The notes under the pieces are model-generated. The model had not been told where the DNA came from. It made no database searches and saw only the letters and a list, made by a program, of their open reading frames with translations. A stretch of 64,000 bases of DNA from the NCBI GenBank assembly GCA_902539295.1, contig CACBIM010000006.1:36723-100722 (forward strand). Reading direction: 5' to 3'. Below, one piece after another: positions 1 through 9,901 of the stretch. The DNA comes from an uncultured SAR116 cluster alpha proteobacterium. Lineage in GTDB: Bacteria; Pseudomonadota; Alphaproteobacteria; Puniceispirillales; GCA-002684695. How positions within the stretch are numbered: position 1 is the stretch's first letter; the number at the start of each line of letters is the position of its first letter. The position numbers and the translations under genes are program-made.

Positions 1-408
1 AGTTACTCGCTAGGTAAACCACATGTCGATTCTGGATTGCTAACTATTCTTCAACTTGATCATGTTGCTGGACTACAGGCACAATTAAAAAATGGTGAAT
101 GGCATGAAATAGAGCCTGAAGAAGGTACATTAGTTATGAATTTTGGGCGATTACTTGAACATTGGTCAAATTATAAAATTAAAGCAACATTTCATAGGGT
201 AATTGGATATGGTCAAGAGCGTTACTCTATACCATTTTTTTTTGAACCATCAATTGATTCTTTTATAAAACCAATTGATGAACTTGGGGAAATAGATAGC
301 TTTAAACCTTTCTTTTATGGTGATTGGTTATGGGAAGTTACCACACAATTCATTGAACAGTCAGGTATCAAGCATTTAAGGAAAAAAGTGCTAGTTAAAA
401 GTGATTAA
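1..408 (+). CDS. 2OG-Fe(II) oxygenase, isopenicillin N synthase family (C-terminal part; 5' end outside window)
   Basis: Frame 1 is open from base 1 (SYSLGKPHVDSGLLTIL), giving the HxD motif, then the distal His (ATFHRV) and RxS (ERYSIPFF). Confidence 0.88.
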   Translation, partial: SYSLGKPHVDSGLLTILQLDHVAGLQAQLKNGEWHEIEPEEGTLVMNFGRLLEHWSNYKIKATFHRVIGYGQERYSIPFFFEPSIDSFIKPIDELGEIDSFKPFFYGDWLWEVTTQFIEQSGIKHLRKKVLVKSD

Positions 409-415
409 GTAATAT

Positions 416-1483
416 CTAACTGTAGACTTTATTTTCTTGGACAGTTGTTCGAATAAATGTAGTGCATTTGCATAAATCTTTAAGTCTTCTTGCACCTGAA
501 TAAGTACAAGCTGAACGTAATCCACCAAGTATATCTTGAACAGTATTAATTATTTTTCCTCTGTATGGAATTTCAACTGTCTTGCCCTCAGCAGCTCTGT
601 AATCTCGCAATCCACCAAAATGCTTTTCATTCGCTGTTCTTGAACTCATACCATAAAATTGAACTTTATTATCGACGATCTCTCCACCTCCTTCATCATG
701 CCCAGCAAGCATTCCACCAAGCATCACAAAATCTGCTCCACCACCAAAAGCTTTTGCTATATCACCTGCAACAGTACAACCACCATCTGATATAATATGG
801 CCTCCTAGGCCGTGAGCTGCATCTGAACATTCAATAATTGTTGAGAGTTGCGGATAACCTACACCTGTTTTTACTCTTGTTGTACAAACAGAACCAGGCC
901 CTATACCACATTTAATTATGTCTGCACCTTTTAAAATAAGTTCTTGCGTTTGGTCAGCGGTGCAAACATTTCCTGCTATAATTATTATATTTGGGTAAGC
1001 GTCTCTAAATTTTCCTATAAATGTGCAAAATCTCTCTGTATAACCATTAGCCACATCTATGCAAACATACCTTAACTTTTCTTTTGCCTGTTCATAAACA
1101 GTATTAAATTTATTTTTATCTTCTTCTGTAATACCAATACTCATTGCAACGTAATCTGTACGACCACCTTTATTTGATTCGCTTGTAAAAAAATCAACTA
1201 GATCTTTTTCAGAGTAGATTTTTGTCAAACAGGTGAACATCCCATGTGGTATCAATGCATCTGCAATATCAAATGTTCCAACTCCATCCATATTTGAAGC
1301 CATGATTGGTATTCCTGAATATTCAGGAATTAATTCGTGACCTTTATAGGGTATTTCCAATTTAGCATTAACAAAGCTAAATTTCCGATTTAAATCTACT
1401 TCTTTTCTTGTTGTTAAAGTAGAACGTTTTGGTCTAATTAAAACGTCTTTAAAATCTAGCTTAATGTCAGGTTCTATTATCAT
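416..1483 (-). CDS. guaC: GMP reductase
   Basis: KLDFKDVLIRPKRS N-terminus, IDVANGY, catalytic GIGPGSVCTTR, FYGMSS, YRAAEGK. Confidence 0.95.
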   Translation of the reverse strand: MIIEPDIKLDFKDVLIRPKRSTLTTRKEVDLNRKFSFVNAKLEIPYKGHELIPEYSGIPIMASNMDGVGTFDIADALIPHGMFTCLTKIYSEKDLVDFFTSESNKGGRTDYVAMSIGITEEDKNKFNTVYEQAKEKLRYVCIDVANGYTERFCTFIGKFRDAYPNIIIIAGNVCTADQTQELILKGADIIKCGIGPGSVCTTRVKTGVGYPQLSTIIECSDAAHGLGGHIISDGGCTVAGDIAKAFGGGADFVMLGGMLAGHDEGGGEIVDNKVQFYGMSSRTANEKHFGGLRDYRAAEGKTVEIPYRGKIINTVQDILGGLRSACTYSGARRLKDLCKCTTFIRTTVQENKVYS

Positions 1484-1611
1484 TTAACTACCTATTTTAA
1501 ACAAATTTAAGGTTACATTCCTTTTCGGCCAAGCACAAGAAAAGTATTAAAAATAGTTTAGTTATAAGGCTAAAATTTAGAATTAGATCAAAAAATAATG
1601 ATAAGAATTTC

Positions 1612-2817
1612 TTAAATTATAGTACTCAGTCTTTTAAAAAAATTTTCAATCACTTTTACAGCAAGAGCCATATCTTCTTCAGATGCTTCTTCTTCTGGAT
1701 TATGACTAATTCCATTTTTGCATCTAACAAATAACATTGAAATTGGACAAAGATCTGAAATGGCAGATGCATCATGAGTGGCTCCAGAATCCAAATGAAA
1801 TTTGTATCCAGCAGCATCATCTAAAGAATCAGACAATATTAATTGAAGATCGTTATCACATTTTGTAGCTGACTGCTCATATGTTTTGTTAATTTTTACT
1901 TCTAGTTTTCTTCTATTAATTATGTCATTGACATTTTTTATAATATTACTGGATAAATTTTCTCTTTCTACATCACTACCAGATCTTACCTCCAAAATTA
2001 AATTGGCCTTTTCTGGGATAACGTTAGCAACATTTGGCTGTATATTTAACATGCCTACAGTTGCAACAGCATTTGAGCAATTAGAAGCCAATTTTTCAGA
2101 CATCAAAATGATCTCACTGGCAGCACAAAGCGCATCTTTTCTATATATCATTGGCATTGTTCCAGCATGTGAGGATAGTCCATAAATAGACAAATCATGA
2201 CGTTCAATGCCTGATATAGAGCTAACTGTACCAAGAGGCAGATTTTTATTATATAAAATTGGCCCTTGCTCAATATGGACTTCCAGAAAACCTAAATATT
2301 TTTGCTTTTCCCTTTTCAAATTAAATATATTCTCTGGTACTAAATTTAAATTTTTTATCGCATCTCTAATACTTAATCCTTGATTGTCTTTTATATTAAG
2401 AACTGTCGGGCTAAGTGTTCCAGCCAAAGCCCTAGAACCGAGTAAACTTGTAGGAAACCTTATTCCTTCTTCGTCTGCAAATGCTAAAAATTCTATATTG
2501 TAGGGTAAATTATTTAAATTTCTAATTGCGATTAATGGTAACAAAACCCCCATTATTCCATCAAACATTCCACCATTAATAACGCTATCTTGATGTGAAC
2601 CCACCAGAAAGGTTGGAGCATTTTTTGGCCCATTATATTTACCAATTAAAGTTCCTGCATCATCAATTCTAGTGCTTAAACCAGAATCAACCATCCATTT
2701 AGTAATAATTTTCAGCGCTCTTTTATGCTCTTTTGTAAATGGTAATCTTGTTACGCCATCTGACCCTACAGAGCATGATGAAATTTCTTTCAACATTGAG
2801 GTAATATTATTTTTCAA
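1612..2817 (-). CDS. M20 Zn-dependent amidohydrolase (allantoate amidohydrolase / N-carbamoyl-amino acid hydrolase family)
   Basis: GSHQDSV..GG.FDG, FADEEGIRF, EVHIEQGP, HAGT.PM, SGATHDA, GISHNPEE motifs; TTG start. Confidence 0.9.
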   Translation of the reverse strand: MKNNITSMLKEISSCSVGSDGVTRLPFTKEHKRALKIITKWMVDSGLSTRIDDAGTLIGKYNGPKNAPTFLVGSHQDSVINGGMFDGIMGVLLPLIAIRNLNNLPYNIEFLAFADEEGIRFPTSLLGSRALAGTLSPTVLNIKDNQGLSIRDAIKNLNLVPENIFNLKREKQKYLGFLEVHIEQGPILYNKNLPLGTVSSISGIERHDLSIYGLSSHAGTMPMIYRKDALCAASEIILMSEKLASNCSNAVATVGMLNIQPNVANVIPEKANLILEVRSGSDVERENLSSNIIKNVNDIINRRKLEVKINKTYEQSATKCDNDLQLILSDSLDDAAGYKFHLDSGATHDASAISDLCPISMLFVRCKNGISHNPEEEASEEDMALAVKVIENFFKRLSTII

Positions 2818-2821
2818 AGCT

Positions 2822-3499
2822 TTAGCTTTTCTTATTTTCTTCAGAATTATATGGATTTGAAATAACTGGTAAAAATTTTAACCAATTTGAATATGACTTT
2901 TCATTGGTTTTGTCTATAATTTTTTTTAATTTTTTAAGAGGTTTTTTACTGTAATCTACTCTCAAAGAGATTGGTGTTTTGTCTTCACTCACAACTAATA
3001 TAGATGCTGAAAATAACCCCCTTCTATCTCCTCCAGCATTAGCTCCCTCTAATAATGACAAATACAATCTTTCTACAAGTTCAACATCATGATTCTTTTC
3101 ATATGCTAATTTCATTGATGCTAAAACATTTTTATTTGATAAAATGTTTCCTGACAATACAATATTTTCAGAAACTATTTCATCAATAATAGGGGAATTA
3201 CTCATGCCGCTAAACACGCTTCCATTTCCACTTTTATCGATCAAAGAAATTTGTCTTCTATCCTTTCCACTGTCCTCTTGAATTGTTTTTGTAATAGCAG
3301 CTTCTGCACTCATGCCTTTATTTGAATACTTAAGAACGTTTTCTCCCCAAAGTGTGCTTGGGTCAGCACCTTGAGAGGCGCTTACACCAGAGAAAGGTTC
3401 AGCTCTTAAAACCCAGGCACCAACACAAATATTTCCTGTTGCAGACGCGCCACCAAAACTATTTGTAATAGGATCAAAAACTAAAATTGAAAAAGTCAT
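2822..3499 (-). CDS. DUF1028 family protein (Ntn-hydrolase-like)
   Basis: MTFSI N-terminus, GN.L and GGDRRG..SA motifs, LRVD motif. Confidence 0.85.
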   Translation of the reverse strand: MTFSILVFDPITNSFGGASATGNICVGAWVLRAEPFSGVSASQGADPSTLWGENVLKYSNKGMSAEAAITKTIQEDSGKDRRQISLIDKSGNGSVFSGMSNSPIIDEIVSENIVLSGNILSNKNVLASMKLAYEKNHDVELVERLYLSLLEGANAGGDRRGLFSASILVVSEDKTPISLRVDYSKKPLKKLKKIIDKTNEKSYSNWLKFLPVISNPYNSEENKKS

Positions 3500-3570
3500 A
3501 TTTAATAATAGCTGTTAATTAACTATATCAAATTTAATTAAATAAAATTATATGAAAAAAAACTTGATAT

Positions 3571-3608
3571 TATATTTATCATGATAAATATTTATCATGA
3601 TAAATATA
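3571..3608. promoter_or_regulatory. Perfect 38-bp palindrome containing two TTTATCATGATAAA boxes; putative operator
   Basis: TATATTTATCATGATAAATATTTATCATGATAAATATA equals its own reverse complement. It directly follows TTGATA (3564-3569) between divergent operons. Confidence 0.75.
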
Positions 3609-3658
3609 TTTACACAATATTACAAATTATTAAATTAACCATGTAAAAGGAGAATAGT

Positions 3659-5233
3659 ATGATTGGAATATTAAGAGCGACTTGCAAAATTTTTGCAGTT
3701 TCAACTCTATTAATAACCTTCATAGCACATTCATTTGCAGTATCAGCAAATACACCTGATAACGTTTTAGTTGTTGGCCAAATTGCTGAACCAAAATCAT
3801 TAGATCCAGCAACAGTGACAGCCGTTAATGATTTTAGAATTCTAATGAATATGTATGATGGACTAGTTAGATATAAAAGTGGTTCATTAGAAGTAGAACC
3901 TGCCTTAGCAAAAAGCTGGGAAATAAGTAATGGGGGAACAACTTATACATTCACCCTTAAGTCAGGAATAAAATTTCATGATGGATCAAACTTAGATGCT
4001 GACGCTGTTAAATTTAACTTTGACAGAATGTTAGATGAAAGTCATCCTTATCATGACACTGGGCCATTTCCATTAAGTTTTTTCTTTTCTGCAATTGAAA
4101 AAGTAGAAGTTATAAGCAGTGACAAGATTAAATTTACACTCAATGCACCTTATGCACCATTCCTTTCAAATTTGGCTTACCCAACTGGGTTAATTGCCTC
4201 ACCCGAAGCGATTAAAAAAAGTGGAAAAGATTTTGGCAGAAATCCTGTCGGAACTGGCGCTTTTAAATTTAACTCATGGAAAGCTAATGAAGCTGTGATA
4301 GTTGACAAGAACTTAAATTACTGGGATGGTGTCGCAAAAAGTGATGCCATAATTTTTAGGCCAATAACTGATGGAAACACAAGGGTTGCTGAAATGCTTT
4401 CAGGTGGTCTTGATATGATGGTTGAAGTTCCACCTGTTTCATTATCAGAGTTTTCTGGAAGTGAGTTCTCAATTGTTGAACAAGCTGGACCTCATGTTTG
4501 GTTCTTGATCCTTAACGCTAAAGAAGGGCCTTTTGCAAATAAGCTAGTAAGACAAGCTGCCAACTATGCAATTAATAAAACTGCTATAGTAGAAGATGTA
4601 CTTGAAGGGACAGCCGCTGTTGCTGCAGGCCCTACACCTCCAGCCTTTGCTTGGGCTTATAATAATTCGTTAAGTCCATACCCTTATGATCCTGCAAAAG
4701 CGAAATCTTTACTTAAGGAAGCTGGTGTGACAAATGCAAAACTTACCTTCTACGTTACACAAGGTGGCTCTGGAATGCTTGACCCAGTTGCCATGGGAAC
4801 TGCAATACAAGCAGACTTATCAGCTGTTGGCTTTGATGTTGAAATTAAAACTTTCGAATGGAATACATTTTTAGGAGAAGTAAACCCTGGTTTAGAAGGA
4901 AAAGCTGATATGGCGGAAATGGCTTGGATGACTAATGACCCTGACACTTTGCCTTATCTAGCTTTGAGAACAGGAGCATGGCCAGATAAAGGTGGTTTTA
5001 ATTCTGGCTATTACTCTAATCCGGAAGTTGATAAACTGCTAGAGGCTGCAAGATCATCAACTGATCAAGCAGAAAGAGCCTCATTATATCAAAAAATGCA
5101 AACTATAGTGCAGGACGATGCACCATGGGTTTTTGTTGCCAACTGGAAACAAAATGCTGTTACTACAGACAAAGTAAAGAATTTCTCTTTGCAACCTTCT
5201 TTCTTTTTAATTTTGAAAGATGTAAGTAAATAG
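3659..5233 (+). CDS. ABC transporter substrate-binding protein, family 5 (peptide/nickel type)
   Basis: Signal peptide, EPKSLDP, EPALAKSWEIS, KFHDGS, PVGTGAFKF; AGGAG RBS. Confidence 0.93.
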   Translation: MIGILRATCKIFAVSTLLITFIAHSFAVSANTPDNVLVVGQIAEPKSLDPATVTAVNDFRILMNMYDGLVRYKSGSLEVEPALAKSWEISNGGTTYTFTLKSGIKFHDGSNLDADAVKFNFDRMLDESHPYHDTGPFPLSFFFSAIEKVEVISSDKIKFTLNAPYAPFLSNLAYPTGLIASPEAIKKSGKDFGRNPVGTGAFKFNSWKANEAVIVDKNLNYWDGVAKSDAIIFRPITDGNTRVAEMLSGGLDMMVEVPPVSLSEFSGSEFSIVEQAGPHVWFLILNAKEGPFANKLVRQAANYAINKTAIVEDVLEGTAAVAAGPTPPAFAWAYNNSLSPYPYDPAKAKSLLKEAGVTNAKLTFYVTQGGSGMLDPVAMGTAIQADLSAVGFDVEIKTFEWNTFLGEVNPGLEGKADMAEMAWMTNDPDTLPYLALRTGAWPDKGGFNSGYYSNPEVDKLLEAARSSTDQAERASLYQKMQTIVQDDAPWVFVANWKQNAVTTDKVKNFSLQPSFFLILKDVSK

Positions 5234-5247
5234 CTATCTAAATATGA

Positions 5248-5273
5248 GCTGGCCAAAAATTTACTTGGCCAGC
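5248..5273 (+). terminator. Stem-loop after the SBP gene (partial terminator or mRNA stabiliser)
   Basis: GCTGGCCAA (5248-5256) pairs with TTGGCCAGC (5265-5273); no clear U-tract. Confidence 0.6.
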
Positions 5274-5301
5274 AATATTAATTAGGCTTTTATATAAAGT
5301 C

Positions 5302-6252
5302 ATGCTTTCATATATACTGAAAAGAATATTCTCGGCCATACCTGTTCTTTTAGGTGTTACATTAATCGTCTATTTCATTATTTCTTTAATTCCTGGAGAT
5401 CCAGCAACTGCTATATTGGGCTCTTTTGCAACACCAGAAAATGTTAAAATCCTAAATTCTCAACTAGGTCTAGACAAACCAATTTGGCAAAGATATTTCA
5501 TTTGGCTATATAATATACTTCAAGGTGATTTTGGAAGATCGTTCTCTCTAAACAGGCCAGTTATTGATGAAATATTGGAGAGATTTAATGCTACTATTAT
5601 TTTATCTGGGACCTCATTTGTAATTTGCTCAATATTAGGCATTTTATTTGGGATACTATCTGCTGCTTATCAATACTCTTTTATAGACAAACTAATTACA
5701 TTTATTGTTTTAGTTGGAATTTCAATACCATCCTTTTTCCTGGGAATGATGTTGATTTTATACTTTGCAGTTTCAGTAAGATGGTTTCCAGTTTCAGGCA
5801 TGTATTCACTTTATGGTGGTGGGGGTTTATGGGACTTAATAAATCATTTAGTAATGCCATCAATTACTCTTTCATTAGTGGCTTTAGGGGTTATAGCTCG
5901 ATTAGTACGATCATCAATGTTAGAAGTTTTAAGACTGGACTACATAAAAACTGCTAGAGCAAAAGGTGTGAAAGAAACAAGAGTTATTCTTAGCCATGCA
6001 CTCAGATCTGCTATCATTACAATACTCCCGATTCTAGGATTGCAAGCTGGTTTTGTTTTATCAGGATCCGTTTATATTGAAATTGTTTTTCAATGGCCTG
6101 GTATTGGCCGAATGCTTGTTGATGCGATTCTTACAAGAGATATAATGTTAGTTCAAGGTGGAGTTCTTTTTATAGCGTTATGTTACGTATTATTTAATAT
6201 CCTTGTCGATATTTTACAACTTTGGCTTGATCCAAGGCTACTCAGAAAATGA
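5302..6252 (+). CDS. ABC transporter permease (DppB-like)
   Basis: LIPGDPA, GDFGRSF, EAA-loop DYIKTARAKG, LDPR C-terminus. Confidence 0.92.
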   Translation: MLSYILKRIFSAIPVLLGVTLIVYFIISLIPGDPATAILGSFATPENVKILNSQLGLDKPIWQRYFIWLYNILQGDFGRSFSLNRPVIDEILERFNATIILSGTSFVICSILGILFGILSAAYQYSFIDKLITFIVLVGISIPSFFLGMMLILYFAVSVRWFPVSGMYSLYGGGGLWDLINHLVMPSITLSLVALGVIARLVRSSMLEVLRLDYIKTARAKGVKETRVILSHALRSAIITILPILGLQAGFVLSGSVYIEIVFQWPGIGRMLVDAILTRDIMLVQGGVLFIALCYVLFNILVDILQLWLDPRLLRK

Positions 6253-8105
6253 TCAATTTTATTTCTAAATTAGGGCGCAACAAACTTGCCTTATTCGGAG
6301 CAATAGTAATATTACTTATAGTCATCCTTTCTATTATTACTCCTGTTTTAAATCTAGTTAATCCAAACGAAGTTAATACGGCCAATCGTTTTATTAAGCC
6401 ATTTAATGAAACTCATTGGTTAGGTACAGATCATTTAGGAAGAGATGTTTTATCAAGGCTACTTTGGGGAACCCAATTAAGTTTAGTAGTTGGGTTTTTA
6501 GCAGCGTTATTTGCGGCTGTAATTGGTTCATTACTCGGTATTATTGCCGGTTCTTTAGGTGGAAGATTGGATAATATCATAATGAGAACCATAGACGTTC
6601 TTATGTCTTTTCCTTATGTTTTATTAGCTCTTGCAATTGTTGCTGTGCTAGGTCCAAGTTTAATGAATGCATTAATTGCAGTTGCAATTGTTAACATCCC
6701 TTTTTTTGCTAGGAATGTTAGGGGAGTTACAATAACATTAACAAACTCAGATTTTATCAACGCATCAAGACTATCTGGCCGTTCACAAACTGAAATTTTA
6801 TTTTTTGAAATCTTTCCAAATGTAACTCCTGTAATAGTAGTTTCTTTCTCAACAACTGTGGGCTGGATGATTCTTGAAACTGCAGGACTATCTTTTCTTG
6901 GATTGGGTTCACAACCACCACAGTCAGATTTAGGATCTATGCTTGGTGATGGGAGGTCATCTTTAATAATACACCCTCATACATCCCTAATACCTGGAAT
7001 TATGATTTTTATTATTGTAATGGGCATTAACTTACTAGGGGATGGAATTCGTGATGCGCTTGACCCGAGGCTAAACCAGGGATCTTTAACAAGGTCAAAG
7101 CCAATGACTGACGTTGCAAGAGTTAAAATACCAACAAAACGAAGTAATGCGTTGTTAGAAGTTAATTCACTAGAAACAAAATTTAAATTAAATAAAAATG
7201 AATTTAAGGCTATTGAGAATATTACCTTTCAAATTGATAAGGGTGAATGTTTAGCAATTGTTGGTGAGAGTGGTTCAGGAAAATCCGTAACAGCACTATC
7301 TATTGCTTCTCTTATTTCTTCACCTCCTGGGATGATTTCAAATGGATCAGTTTGGTATAAAGACGAGGAACTACTTGGACTGACTTATAATAAAATGAGG
7401 CAACTTAGAGGTAAAAAAATTTCCTATATTTTTCAAGACCCATTGACCAGTCTTCATCCTTTAAAAACTATTGGGCATCAGTTGATTGAAACTATCAGGA
7501 CACATGGAAATCTTCGTACAAAAGATGCTTCTAGAATAAGTGTCGGTCTCTTAGAAGAGGTAAGGATTTCAAATCCTAATTTAGTTATGGGTTCTTTTCC
7601 ACATCAAATATCTGGAGGCATGCGACAAAGAATTATAATTGCTATGGCTCTTTCAAATAATCCTGATTTAATTATTGCTGATGAACCTACAACAGCATTA
7701 GACGTAACTGTCCAAGCGCAAATTTTAAAAATACTTGAAAACTTAAGAAAAGAGAGAGGACTGTCAGTATTATTTATTTCCCATGATCTAAATGTAGTAT
7801 CACAAATAAGCAAAAAAATTATTGTTATGTATGCAGGCGAAATTGTAGAATATGGTGACACTGACAAAATTCTTAATAAACCTTTACACCCTTATACTAA
7901 AGCACTTCTGAACTGCAGTCCTGATCTGAATTCAAAAAAGTTACTTATATCCCCAATACCCGGCAACCCTCCTTTAATAACAGAGCAAATAATAGGATGT
8001 AAATTTGCCAAAAGATGCTCTAAGAAAACTTCTTCGTGTTTAGAAAAAATAATTTTAATAAAAAAAATTAATGATAGACAATTAAGATGCATAAACCCAG
8101 TTTAG
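6249..8105 (+). CDS. Fused ABC permease (DppC-like) and ATP-binding domain (DppD-like)
   Basis: N-half HWLGTDHLGRD...GDGIRDALDPR. C-half Walker A GESGSGKS, SGGMRQR, IADEPTTALD, HPYT and Cys-rich tail. Confidence 0.9.
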   Translation: MINFISKLGRNKLALFGAIVILLIVILSIITPVLNLVNPNEVNTANRFIKPFNETHWLGTDHLGRDVLSRLLWGTQLSLVVGFLAALFAAVIGSLLGIIAGSLGGRLDNIIMRTIDVLMSFPYVLLALAIVAVLGPSLMNALIAVAIVNIPFFARNVRGVTITLTNSDFINASRLSGRSQTEILFFEIFPNVTPVIVVSFSTTVGWMILETAGLSFLGLGSQPPQSDLGSMLGDGRSSLIIHPHTSLIPGIMIFIIVMGINLLGDGIRDALDPRLNQGSLTRSKPMTDVARVKIPTKRSNALLEVNSLETKFKLNKNEFKAIENITFQIDKGECLAIVGESGSGKSVTALSIASLISSPPGMISNGSVWYKDEELLGLTYNKMRQLRGKKISYIFQDPLTSLHPLKTIGHQLIETIRTHGNLRTKDASRISVGLLEEVRISNPNLVMGSFPHQISGGMRQRIIIAMALSNNPDLIIADEPTTALDVTVQAQILKILENLRKERGLSVLFISHDLNVVSQISKKIIVMYAGEIVEYGDTDKILNKPLHPYTKALLNCSPDLNSKKLLISPIPGNPPLITEQIIGCKFAKRCSKKTSSCLEKIILIKKINDRQLRCINPV

Positions 8106-9052
8106 AAAAACCAATTTTAGAAGCTCATAACATTTCAAAGTCATACGAAATTAATTCCAGTTCATATTTTAGTATCAAAAAAGAAACAATTCGTGTCATA
8201 AAAAAATTAAGTCTTTCGATCAATAAAGGTGAGAGCTTTGGTATAATTGGAGAATCAGGTTGTGGAAAATCTACATTAGCTAGAATATTAATTGGCTTAG
8301 ACACACCTGATAATGGAAAGATATTTATTCATAATCAAAATAAAGTTAATTTGTCCTCGATAGAAATTAACAAGTTAATCCAATATGTATTTCAAAATCC
8401 AATTGCTAGTCTAAACCCAAGACTAACTATTCAAGATAGCCTTTTAACTCCTATTAAATCATTTTTTAATTATGATTATGAAAAATCAATACATTTAATT
8501 TATGAAATGTTAGATTCAGTAGGAATACCGAAAACATCATTAAAAAAATACCCACATGAATTCTCGGGTGGACAAGCTCAAAGAATCTGCATCGCAAGAG
8601 CTTTGTTAGCAAAGCCAGAGATTTTAATATTAGATGAGCCAGTCTCTGCATTAGATGTTTCTATTCAAGCCCAAATTCTTGAATTATTAGTCAAAATTAA
8701 AAAGGAATTTAACCTTACATATATTTTTATTTCTCATGATTTAGCAGTAGTGAAAAATTTTTGTGATAGAGTTTCTGTAATGTATTATGGTGATATAGTT
8801 GAAGATGGAGATACAAATAAAATATTTAAAAATCCTCTTCATCCCTATACTAAATTACTTGTTGAAGTCTCACCTACTAAAAATAAAAAAATTCAATCTG
8901 ATGATTTTGGTGAATTACCAAATATGACTAAACCTCCAAATGGTTGTTTATTTTATTCCCGATGTAGAAGAAGAAATGAAATATGCTATAAAAAATCACC
9001 AACACAAATTAACAAAGGAGGCAGATTTGTTGCGTGCAACTTCCCACTTTAA
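8087..9052 (+). CDS. ABC transporter ATP-binding protein (DppF-like)
   Basis: GESGCGKST, FSGGQAQR, LDEPVSALD, HPYT, GC.F..RC tail. Confidence 0.92.
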   Translation: MHKPSLEKPILEAHNISKSYEINSSSYFSIKKETIRVIKKLSLSINKGESFGIIGESGCGKSTLARILIGLDTPDNGKIFIHNQNKVNLSSIEINKLIQYVFQNPIASLNPRLTIQDSLLTPIKSFFNYDYEKSIHLIYEMLDSVGIPKTSLKKYPHEFSGGQAQRICIARALLAKPEILILDEPVSALDVSIQAQILELLVKIKKEFNLTYIFISHDLAVVKNFCDRVSVMYYGDIVEDGDTNKIFKNPLHPYTKLLVEVSPTKNKKIQSDDFGELPNMTKPPNGCLFYSRCRRRNEICYKKSPTQINKGGRFVACNFPL

Positions 9053-9806
9053 GGAAGAACATAAAAAGAAAAAATCAAGTAGGCTAACATTAGTTGTTGC
9101 TGAAGAAATCAAAACATACGTTTTCGCCAATAAACTTGTGCCAGGGGATAGATTACCAAATGAAAATGAATTAATTGAAAAATTTCAAATGTCCAAAAGT
9201 ACAATAAGAGAAGCCACAAGAATATTAGAGGCCCAGGGACTTATTAAAACTAGAACTGGTCCAGGTGGTGGGTGTTTTGTTCACGAGGTCTCAGAAAACA
9301 GAACCATTGCACTACTTACAAATTATTTTTATTTTAAAAATATGTCTATTAGAGAAATTTATCAATTAAGGAAGGTTCTTGAGCCAGAAGTTTCATCCGA
9401 ACTTTCTGGAGAATTAAATCTAAAACAAATTCAAGAATTGAAAACAATTTTAAATAAATATTCAGATCCCCCAAAAAGCGAGGAAGAGGAAAAAAGTTAT
9501 CATTATAATGCACTTCAATTTCATGCAAAATTAGCTGAGTTCTCAAAAAATGAACTCCTTAAATTTATTATTAAGTTTATGGCTAAATTACTTTCAGAAG
9601 TAACAATTGACAGAAGGTTATTTGAACCCTCAAATCATGAACTTTGGCAAAAAGGACGAAATTATCAAATAAAACTTATAAAAGCATTACAAAAAGGGGA
9701 AAAAGAGAAAACCTATAAAATAATGTATAATCATATGTGTTTTGCAGAAAAGTTAATGGCAAAACAAGAGACGTTAGTTGGAAAAAAATTTGTTAGTTTT
9801 GAATAG
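9030..9806 (+). CDS. GntR/FadR family transcriptional regulator
   Basis: PGDRLPNE..L....SKSTIREA..ILEAQGLI wHTH plus FCD-like C-terminus. The start is probably the TTG at 9027 or 9030 after AGGAGG (9016-9021), not 8940. Confidence 0.88.
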   Translation: MRATSHFKEEHKKKKSSRLTLVVAEEIKTYVFANKLVPGDRLPNENELIEKFQMSKSTIREATRILEAQGLIKTRTGPGGGCFVHEVSENRTIALLTNYFYFKNMSIREIYQLRKVLEPEVSSELSGELNLKQIQELKTILNKYSDPPKSEEEEKSYHYNALQFHAKLAEFSKNELLKFIIKFMAKLLSEVTIDRRLFEPSNHELWQKGRNYQIKLIKALQKGEKEKTYKIMYNHMCFAEKLMAKQETLVGKKFVSFE

Positions 9807-9901
9807 CAGTTCAGATATTAATATTATTCCAAAACTTGAAATAAAAATATTAATCTTTAATTTTAAGTTAAAGTAAATTTATTAATTTTTATATAATAAG
9901 T

